A stretch of DNA of 64,000 nucleotides, taken from an uncultured Candidatus Saccharibacteria bacterium. GTDB taxonomy: Bacteria > Patescibacteriota > Minisyncoccia > Phycocordibacterales > Phycocordibacteraceae. Every line of letters begins with the position of its first letter. Position 1 is the first letter of the stretch. Made by a program: the position numbers and the translations under genes. The DNA lies in assembly GCA_964469405.1 (NCBI GenBank), contig CAYXYP010000005.1:54-64053 (forward strand), written 5' to 3'. Shown here one piece after another: positions 56,958-64,000 of this stretch. The notes under the pieces are model-generated. The model ran no database searches. It was not told where the DNA came from and saw only the letters and a program-made list of their open reading frames with translations.

Positions 56958-57822
56958 AGGAAGGATAACCGAGCCACGTGCGCATGCGATGCATTTTTAC
57001 GGCAAGATTGTTTTTAAGAGCCGAAAAAAGGGCGGCAGCAAATCCCGCACACGGGAGAGGAATCTCTCGCTCGCTAGGAACGGCAATAAGGTCAAATGGG
57101 GCACTATCACCAAAGAAGAGCCAGGCACGGGGAGCTATAAGCGCGGCCAGTAGCGTTACGCTCCCGACACGCGCAAGCATTCCGTGCCCGTCTTCAAGAG
57201 GGACATAGAGCCGATACTCGCGCTCCGAAAAGAAGCGCTCCAGAGCTCGCAATGAGGTATGGTGGGCGCGGAGTTGCGATATATTCACTTCGAAGAGCAC
57301 CACGGGCCGCATACGGTCAATAAGCCGCGTACCACCCCGAAGTACTTCCAATTCCATTCCCTCGACGTCCATCTTAATGAAATCGGCATCCTCTACTTCG
57401 TCGTCGAGCATCACTACAGGAATGTTGCCCCCCGGCACAAGGGTATTCGCTCCAGCGTTCGATGCATTACGAACAAGCAGTGTACCGCTTCCCTTTTCAC
57501 TCCCAAGTGCTTTATGTACCAGCTGAAGCGGCACATGGTTCTCTGTAGCGTTACGCGATAATAGAGCAAAAGCTTCGGGAGACGGTTCAAATGCAATTAC
57601 CTTCTCGACTACATCTGCGATGGGTATAGAGAAAGTGCCAATATGTGCACCAATATCAACGACAATACTCTTTTCGTTCACAAACTGTCGCGCTACTTGG
57701 AGTAGAGTTTCGTTCGGGTACGTACTGCTCTCAAGCGCCCTCATCATTTTTTTGTCTCGCTCCGGATCAATCGTAAATGCTCCGTAGCGAGTATCTATTG
57801 TACGTGTCATGTGCATTTCCAT
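56941..57822 (-). CDS. FkbM-family methyltransferase
   Basis: 293 aa. VVDIGAHIGTFS...IKMDVEGMELEVL. Confidence 0.75.
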   Translation of the reverse strand: MEMHMTRTIDTRYGAFTIDPERDKKMMRALESSTYPNETLLQVARQFVNEKSIVVDIGAHIGTFSIPIADVVEKVIAFEPSPEAFALLSRNATENHVPLQLVHKALGSEKGSGTLLVRNASNAGANTLVPGGNIPVVMLDDEVEDADFIKMDVEGMELEVLRGGTRLIDRMRPVVLFEVNISQLRAHHTSLRALERFFSEREYRLYVPLEDGHGMLARVGSVTLLAALIAPRAWLFFGDSAPFDLIAVPSEREIPLPCAGFAAALFSALKNNLAVKMHRMRTWLGYPSYGRPN

Positions 57823-57828
57823 AGGTAA

Positions 57829-58707
57829 TTACTTCCACAATTTACGCACGCGTTGGAGCCATGGATACATCGGAAATTTCCGCACCCAGTATTTGAATCT
57901 GCGCAGACTACTACTTTCGTCAATATGGGCCGGGTAGCGACGAGAGCGACGTGGAAGGACCTGAAGTTTTTCTACATCGAGAGGAAGATTGTGCCACAAT
58001 AAACGATCATAGCCAGAAATACATAACGTTCCATCATACAGTTGGAAAAGTTTCGTTTCGTATTGGTGGTCGGTATGTAGAGCATCAATAGAATTGTCAA
58101 CAACGCCAAACTTCGGAAATAATTCTTTCAATACAAAGAAGGCGTTTATTTCATTTGCGGCGACCAATTCATACCCCTTGCGTTTCCCAAGTTCCACAAA
58201 AGCACGCAGTGATGATCCTTGAAAGATTCTCATATCGCGCGGCTGGATAAATACGACATCGTTAGGGATAGTTGGGTTAAATTCAACCAGCATGACTCGC
58301 GGACGATACTCGGTCATAGCATTCCACAGATGATACTCGTTCCCATCAATATCGAGAGAAAACAAATCAAACGTATGGGGCAACGGTGTACGCGCAAAAA
58401 TACGATCGAGTGAATCCTCGCCCTCGAAGGACACGAAGGCATTCACACAAAGAGCACGGTCGAGACCGATGTACTCCGTCTTTAACTTCTCAAAATAAGT
58501 CTGATCGGCTTCAATAAGTACCCCGGACCATCCACGACTCTTAATCAGACGCCGAACATTACTGCCGTGCACCCCATTCAATGCACCGAGGTCAACACAC
58601 CACTTCTCACCTTCGCCAATGATCTCAAAAATCTTTTCAAGAACCCCATCCTCGCCATGTTCGGAAGTGGTGTTATGACCATACGAAAGAAGATCGCGAT
58701 TAGACAT
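57829..58707 (-). CDS. FkbM-like methyltransferase-domain protein (second copy, divergent)
   Basis: CVDLGALNGVHGS...LFSLDIDGNEYHLW. Start placed at ATG 58707 (MSNRDLL), just after the upstream GT4 stop. The ORF track extends to 58869. Confidence 0.5.
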   Translation of the reverse strand: MSNRDLLSYGHNTTSEHGEDGVLEKIFEIIGEGEKWCVDLGALNGVHGSNVRRLIKSRGWSGVLIEADQTYFEKLKTEYIGLDRALCVNAFVSFEGEDSLDRIFARTPLPHTFDLFSLDIDGNEYHLWNAMTEYRPRVMLVEFNPTIPNDVVFIQPRDMRIFQGSSLRAFVELGKRKGYELVAANEINAFFVLKELFPKFGVVDNSIDALHTDHQYETKLFQLYDGTLCISGYDRLLWHNLPLDVEKLQVLPRRSRRYPAHIDESSSLRRFKYWVRKFPMYPWLQRVRKLWK

Positions 58708-59851
58708 ACTCGTGCGTGGAGGTGTTCTCTTGTATGAACTGTACAACGTGCTTGGCGCGAGCGCGCCAAGAACACGCACGGGATGCTGCAAGAGCGGCCT
58801 CTCCACGGCGCTGTGCCTCTTCTGGATGTTTGAGTACAGTGCGAATCTCCTGTGCGAGACTACTCGCATCGTCGGGTTGATATAGAAAAGCGTTAGATGT
58901 GGAAATAATTTCTCTCATTGAGGGAGTATCTGCCGCAACAATAGGGACACCGCACGCCATATATTCAAACGCCTTCATAGGGGAAGTCCAACGATACGAT
59001 AATTCATTACGTGCGGTACTCGTCATCAATACCGCGTCAGCAGCATTAATCCATAAGGGCATATCTTCAAAGACTCGATCGCCATAAAAAACAAGATTTT
59101 TCGGAATGTCAGCTACTCCCGTCACTTCCACAAAGCGCTCGCGTGTACCGCCTACTACACCAATTGTCGCATCATCCCCAAGTAGTCGCGCCGCAGTCGG
59201 CAGTATTTCAAGTCCCTTCCAATCAAGTATCCGGCCGACATACAACACTAACTTTATATCGCGTGCAAGTGCGAGACGCTCACGCGCTTGCACACGCGGT
59301 ATCGGGAAAAAATGTGCCGCATCGACCGCATCAGGAGCGACTATAATTCGCTCCGGAGTTACCGAAAATACCGTCTGTAAACTTTCTTTAATCAGACGAT
59401 TAATAGTTACGGCCCCGGAGATGCCATGGAAAAAGAATCGATTGATGAGCGTGCGGGGTTTGCTCCCGTGCATTTCCGAAAAATAAGGGAGTCGAAGTAA
59501 TGGTAACTGTGCATACGACCATTCATCCAAGTCAACCGTATAGAGGACTACTCCTTTCTCATGCCTTCGATGCCATAGATACAAGAAAGACGAAACCATG
59601 AAGGAAAAAGAACTCACCCGATACAGAATCCTTCCTTTGGTGTACCAATCGAAAACAAAGAGTGTTACTTTTTGAATATCAACTCGTAGGCCATAAAATT
59701 CTCGTACCGATTGCTCGTCAGTTCTGCGACGTGGCACAACAAGTGTTACCTCTACACCCTCTTCAATAAACGCTTCGCACATCTTGGCTATCTGAATGCC
59801 ATGAGCCCTTTCGGTCGGCATTCGAGCATTAGCAATATAATACAGCTTCAT
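58700..59851 (-). CDS. GT4-family glycosyltransferase
   Basis: 383 aa. TSTARNELSYRWTSPMKAFEYMACGVPIVAAD. Confidence 0.85.
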   Translation of the reverse strand: MKLYYIANARMPTERAHGIQIAKMCEAFIEEGVEVTLVVPRRRTDEQSVREFYGLRVDIQKVTLFVFDWYTKGRILYRVSSFSFMVSSFLYLWHRRHEKGVVLYTVDLDEWSYAQLPLLRLPYFSEMHGSKPRTLINRFFFHGISGAVTINRLIKESLQTVFSVTPERIIVAPDAVDAAHFFPIPRVQARERLALARDIKLVLYVGRILDWKGLEILPTAARLLGDDATIGVVGGTRERFVEVTGVADIPKNLVFYGDRVFEDMPLWINAADAVLMTSTARNELSYRWTSPMKAFEYMACGVPIVAADTPSMREIISTSNAFLYQPDDASSLAQEIRTVLKHPEEAQRRGEAALAASRACSWRARAKHVVQFIQENTSTHEYV

Positions 59852-59893
59852 GAAGTGACAGTGCTATTATAACAAACCTGACCTGAGCGTACT

Positions 59894-61354
59894 ATGTTAC
59901 CGCCAATACGAGACATAACGGGTTCGTTACAACGACTTATTCACACGCAAGAAGCGTTCCTTTTCATGCTTGCATTCGTCATACGAATTGCCGTATTCGT
60001 ATTTTTATTGTGGTGGTTCATACTCACTGGCCATATGCCGAACGTCGCTTCTGCATATCCAGTTATCAGCGGAGATTCGGCAAGCTATGCCGACCTCAGT
60101 CACAATCTCTTTTATCACGGAATGTATTCTTCCTCCGGGACATTCCCGCCCGTACCGGAAAGTTTTCGTCTGCCAGGATACCCTTTTTTCTTATTTCTCT
60201 TTGAGATCCTTCCCTTTCCGCTTATTTTTGCAATACTCGTCCAAATAGCTTTCGCGAGTGGCAGTGTCGTTCTTCTGTATCTTCTTGGAAAAAGATTCCT
60301 CTCGGAAAAGACCGGATTCATCGCCGCGATTCTGTTCTGCATTGAACCCATGTCGGTCTTTATGTCCGTTCTCATCATGTCTGACACAATATTCGTGTTC
60401 GCGATGCTTCTTGGTATTTACACTCTCTTCTGTCGTACCCCTACTTCGCGACAAGCACTATGTATTGGATTACTTGCCGGTATGATATTCGGCTACGCGG
60501 TGCTCGTGCGCGTAATTGCGCAATACCTTGCCGTCTGTTTGCTCGCCGCATACCTGCTCGTGTTCCACAAAGAACTCCGACCACTCTCTTCAACATTCCT
60601 GAAACTTGGGGCTTTCATGGTAGGCATTATCCTTGTCATGACTCCGTGGTCTGTTCGCAATTACAAGCAATTCGGAACTCCTACTATATCCTCTACTCCT
60701 TATATTAATTTTACCCAATATAATTTGGTCTATTTTTCCGCCTACCAACAACATACAAGCCCGCAGGCCGTACATCACCTTTTTTCGGACCCTATACCCT
60801 ACCCGGTGGATTCACCTTGGTTTAATTCTCTAATCAACGAGCCTATCTTTGTTAAAGAAATGAAGGATACGTTACGAGGGAATCTTGTTCCCTATGCCGA
60901 ATTCCATCTCATTAAAACCATACCGTTTTTCTTTACCGACAGCTTCCGTGACATCAATCGTGTCACTGGGTTATTGCCCCAAGATTCGCGTTCCATTAAT
61001 TTCTCCGACCTGCTGGTCCAAAAAGAATTCGGGAAAATTATCCGCTATTTTATGACTCCCGATGTAAATATGTGGTTACTTCTCACCGGGTCATTCATGT
61101 GGGCCACCATCAGCTTACTGTGGATTGGGGGACTCCTCTATGCTGTAGTGAAACGAACTCAGAAAGTTTGGTTTATTCTCTTTGCTTCATGTGTCATTGC
61201 GTACTTCGCTATTTTGAGCAGTCCCGTCATTCAGCCTCGTTATCGCATTCCTGCCGCTCCTTTCATGCTTCTTTTGGCAGCCGAATCTGCCGTAATGCTT
61301 TGGGGTTATTATAAAAATAAAAAATCGCGCTCTGTGCCAATCAAGCTTATTTAG
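59894..61354 (+). CDS. GT-C family membrane glycosyltransferase (ArnT/PMT_2-like)
   Basis: 486 aa with ~11 TM helices. RLPGYPFFL loop region. Confidence 0.65.
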   Translation: MLPPIRDITGSLQRLIHTQEAFLFMLAFVIRIAVFVFLLWWFILTGHMPNVASAYPVISGDSASYADLSHNLFYHGMYSSSGTFPPVPESFRLPGYPFFLFLFEILPFPLIFAILVQIAFASGSVVLLYLLGKRFLSEKTGFIAAILFCIEPMSVFMSVLIMSDTIFVFAMLLGIYTLFCRTPTSRQALCIGLLAGMIFGYAVLVRVIAQYLAVCLLAAYLLVFHKELRPLSSTFLKLGAFMVGIILVMTPWSVRNYKQFGTPTISSTPYINFTQYNLVYFSAYQQHTSPQAVHHLFSDPIPYPVDSPWFNSLINEPIFVKEMKDTLRGNLVPYAEFHLIKTIPFFFTDSFRDINRVTGLLPQDSRSINFSDLLVQKEFGKIIRYFMTPDVNMWLLLTGSFMWATISLLWIGGLLYAVVKRTQKVWFILFASCVIAYFAILSSPVIQPRYRIPAAPFMLLLAAESAVMLWGYYKNKKSRSVPIKLI

Positions 61355-62058
61355 TCAACGAATCGATATTTGAGTATGGTCCACAATATTAAAAAACCGT
61401 GCCGCCAATTTATTTTTTTACCCTCATCATACCCGCGAGGATAGTAATGTATCGGCACATCAACAATTGAGTGACCTCTCTTCAGCAACCTGCACACCAC
61501 CTCGTTATCGAAATCGAAGTTGTCCGTCTTGATGTCGACCGATCGGAGAACAGATGTCGTAAACGCCTTATAACATCCTTCATACTCATTGGCGTTATTC
61601 CTATACAAAATGTTCGTCAGTAATGTAATAACATGATTACCAATCCAGCCAAGAATTCCTACGGAAAAACGATTACTTTCCCGTAAACGATCTTCAATCC
61701 GAACACCATTAGTCACTTCGGTAACCCCACGAAGTATGGGTTCGATAACCGCTGGATAATCATTGGGGTCGTACTCCAAATCGGCATCCTGAAAAATAAT
61801 CAGATCTCCAGTCGCTTCCCGAATACCACACTTAAGTGCGGCGCCTTTACCGGGCCGCATTTCTGTCAGTACCCGGACCCCCTGTACGGAACGAGCAAGT
61901 GCGGCAGTCGTATCATCTGAATTATTATCGATGACGAGTATTTCTTTTTCAAGCGAACCGGTATCGGCGGCGACAACTCGTTTTAATATCTCCAAAATAG
62001 TCTCTTCCTCATTCCAGGCGGGAATGAGGACAGACAGTTTCTTATATCTCATGAACAT
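61351..62058 (-). CDS. GT2 polyprenyl-phosphate glycosyltransferase (DPM1/GtrB-like)
   Basis: 235 aa. [12 protein letters not shown]...DNNSDDTT...QDADLEYDP. Confidence 0.85.
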   Translation of the reverse strand: MFMRYKKLSVLIPAWNEEETILEILKRVVAADTGSLEKEILVIDNNSDDTTAALARSVQGVRVLTEMRPGKGAALKCGIREATGDLIIFQDADLEYDPNDYPAVIEPILRGVTEVTNGVRIEDRLRESNRFSVGILGWIGNHVITLLTNILYRNNANEYEGCYKAFTTSVLRSVDIKTDNFDFDNEVVCRLLKRGHSIVDVPIHYYPRGYDEGKKINWRHGFLILWTILKYRFVD

Positions 62059-62095
62059 TCATCATACGATGATGGTGCGTTATAGTACAGAATAC

Positions 62096-62521
62096 ATGAA
62101 TATCAGAGCATGGGTGCGCGCGTTCCTGCTTTCGCGTATTGCACGCGCTCTCGCTGTGGGGGTTGTGGCGGTTACCGTACAAACTATTATTTTTGAGATT
62201 ATTGGTATTATTTTTCAGCTTGTTTCCCCTAGCACCGCCGTCGTAATAGGCGCGGAGGCGGGCATTCTGACGAATTTTTACCTCAATAACCGTTTCTCTT
62301 TTCATGACCGCCAACACGATATTTCTCTTCTTTCACGACTTCTTCGTTTCCATCTTGTCGTTAGTGTCTCCGTACTTTTTGAGTGGCTACTACTATTTAT
62401 AGTCGAACGACAGACGGATAGCATTCTTCTCATTCAGGCCACGTATGTGGCGGGCATCATCATCGGTTTCGCATGGAACTATACATGCTATCTCCTCTTT
62501 GTATGGAAATCGCGGGAATAG
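62096..62521 (+). CDS. GtrA-family small membrane protein (polyprenyl-phosphate-sugar flippase-like)
   Basis: About 140 aa with 4 TM helices. NFYLNNRFSF motif typical of GtrA. Start could also be ATG 62051. The ORF track begins at 61931, which would overlap the divergent GT2 gene. Confidence 0.65.
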   Translation: MNIRAWVRAFLLSRIARALAVGVVAVTVQTIIFEIIGIIFQLVSPSTAVVIGAEAGILTNFYLNNRFSFHDRQHDISLLSRLLRFHLVVSVSVLFEWLLLFIVERQTDSILLIQATYVAGIIIGFAWNYTCYLLFVWKSRE

Positions 62522-62856
62522 GTGTCGACGTTGTCGAGATTGAAGAGGTGAGAAAAGCCCGTTTTAAGAAACGACTTGCCGAGTATTTCCTCACCCGAGA
62601 AGAAATGCGCTATATACCAAAAGGATCAAAAGAAGTCGAATTTCTCGCTTCTCGCTTTGCAGCAAAGGAAGCAACGATAAAAGCATTCCCTAAAAAACTG
62701 AGACCTCATGATTTTGCTGTCTTAAAAAAAGGAGCGCGCCCTTATATCGTCTTTTCTTCTCAAAAAGATGCCCTGCGCTATACTGTACATATAAGCATTT
62801 CACACACGAAACGTATCGCAACAGCAGTTGCAATAGTTGTTGAATGTGCCGTATAA
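62503..62856 (+). CDS. acpS: Holo-[acyl-carrier-protein] synthase
   Basis: MEIAGIGVDVVEI...RFAAKEATIKAF; canonical AcpS. Confidence 0.8.
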   Translation: MEIAGIGVDVVEIEEVRKARFKKRLAEYFLTREEMRYIPKGSKEVEFLASRFAAKEATIKAFPKKLRPHDFAVLKKGARPYIVFSSQKDALRYTVHISISHTKRIATAVAIVVECAV

Positions 62857-62864
62857 AGAGCCTC

Positions 62865-64000
62865 ATGGATTCCCTCACCTATATCCGGTCATATGCGAAA
62901 ATCAAAGAGCATCCCAGGAAAGGATTGCTCCGAATTCCCATAACTCTCATTACTAATTTTACTGATGATGTGCTCGAAAAGATACTTGGGGGTATGTGTC
63001 TTGCGGAGAAGATACTCCCTACAATTACCCGAGCCCCGTACAAGCAATACCATCTCTCATTTAAAGACAAGACGGCGCAGCTGTACGCAAAGAAACCCCA
63101 GATTTCTTTCATTTTTTTTGATATCAACCCTTACCAACACGGAGAGTTTACCGATTCCAAGACCCACATTGAAGAAACTCTCTCTGATCTGCGCACCTAT
63201 TGCGACGCCGTCGAGACGTTAGTAGTTATGAATCTTTCGCCGCTTCCCTACAACAATCCGTACGGACATTTCTATACTGACGATCCACTCTTTGTACGCA
63301 CACAGGAATGGAATGCCCGTCTCGTCGCACTATCGAAAGAGACGTCGAACCTCTATATCTTTGACACAAATAAGATTGTCTACCAGCTGGGAGAAAACAA
63401 TATTAGGGATATGCGCGGTTCGTATGCATTTGACATCCCATTCACGAATGACTTTTCCGTCGCTCTATGCCGCGAATGGATTGCTTGTATCCTCGCGATT
63501 AGAGGACGGTCACGCAAGTGTATTGTGCTTGATTTAGATAATACTTTATGGGGAGGTGTGGTAGGAGAGACTGGTCCGCTTGGCATCGCACTTGGCCCTG
63601 GGTATCCTGGTATAGCCTTTCAGAATTTCCAACGAACACTCCTGCGACTCTGGGAAAGAGGCGTCATTCTTGCCATTGCGAGCAAGAACAATCTTGCTGA
63701 TGTAGAAGAGGTGTTTGAAAAAAATCAACATTTTATATTGAAGAAAGAACATTTTGCCTCTATACGGGCGAATTGGGAAGATAAAAGTGAGAACATCGTC
63801 GACATCGCAAAAGAATTGAATATTGGAACTGACAGCATGGTGTTCATTGATGATTCTCCCCTTGAGAGGGAGAGCATGCGAAAAGAACGGCCAGAAGTAT
63901 TCGTTCCTGAATTTTCCGTTGCTCCGGAAGAATACGTGAGCACTCTCCTGTCATTCAACGTGTTCCATCAAATGTCGCTTACGGAAGAAGACAAAAATAA
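62865..64000 (+). CDS. FkbH-like domain protein (HAD-superfamily IIIC), 3'-partial
   Basis: My own translation from ATG 62865. The HAD motif CIVLDLDNTLWGGVVGE and the downstream LAIASKNN...MVFIDDSP are diagnostic of the FkbH-like family. The gene runs off the right edge. Confidence 0.65.
   Translation, partial: MDSLTYIRSYAKIKEHPRKGLLRIPITLITNFTDDVLEKILGGMCLAEKILPTITRAPYKQYHLSFKDKTAQLYAKKPQISFIFFDINPYQHGEFTDSKTHIEETLSDLRTYCDAVETLVVMNLSPLPYNNPYGHFYTDDPLFVRTQEWNARLVALSKETSNLYIFDTNKIVYQLGENNIRDMRGSYAFDIPFTNDFSVALCREWIACILAIRGRSRKCIVLDLDNTLWGGVVGETGPLGIALGPGYPGIAFQNFQRTLLRLWERGVILAIASKNNLADVEEVFEKNQHFILKKEHFASIRANWEDKSENIVDIAKELNIGTDSMVFIDDSPLERESMRKERPEVFVPEFSVAPEEYVSTLLSFNVFHQMSLTEEDKN

Noticed and set aside
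1-64000. CRISPR arrays, transposases, integrases and phage genes
   Set aside because: No short direct-repeat arrays and no ORFs with transposase, integrase or recombinase character were seen. The HTH_17 domains are fused to TM proteins, not to excisionase/integrase pairs.

Overview
This 64-kb window looks like bacterial DNA in standard genetic code, about 50% GC and densely packed. It may come from a CPR/Patescibacteria-like genome, but that is a guess.

Layout:
- 1..2386 (-): a giant repeat-rich surface protein that runs off the left edge. It has an N-terminal excisionase-type HTH, one TM helix, and a large Gly/Thr/Ser-rich repetitive ectodomain.
- 2396..3233: an ~830-bp non-coding stretch, AT-rich from 2400 to 2820, with no convincing ORF.
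- 3234..9318 (-): an F-type ATP synthase gene block reading atpF-atpH-atpA-atpG-atpD-atpC. It has no recognisable a or c subunit genes. Ahead of atpF sit a 291-aa membrane protein and two small paralogous HTH-TM proteins.
- 11163..17707 (-): gatB, obg and secA; then a strong bidirectional terminator and a tiny Lys-rich ORF; then murB.
- 17753..20867 (-): an O-antigen-ligase-like protein with TPR repeats and a secreted acidic protein.
- ~20.9..64 kb: a large surface-glycan biosynthesis island. It contains:
  - a nonulosonic-acid pathway (PseB-like dehydratase, DegT aminotransferase, sugar formyltransferase, NeuC-like epimerase, two NeuB paralogs, NeuA cytidylyltransferase);
  - heptose and GDP-sugar genes (GHMP kinase, HldE-like nucleotidyltransferase, GMD/Rmd-like enzyme, NUDIX hydrolase, split transketolase);
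  - dTDP/UDP-sugar enzymes;
  - C- and FkbM-type methyltransferases;
  - GT2, GT4 and GT9 transferases;
  - two GT-C/GT2/GtrA-like membrane glycosylation sets;
  - an MBOAT plus SGNH O-acylation pair;
  - an ABC exporter;
  - a secreted SPRY-domain repeat protein;
  - at the right edge, AcpS followed by an FkbH-like gene (partial).

I found no tRNA, rRNA, CRISPR array, transposase or integrase. All protein calls rest on reading the supplied translations and my own frame checks for known family motifs. Nothing was searched against a database.
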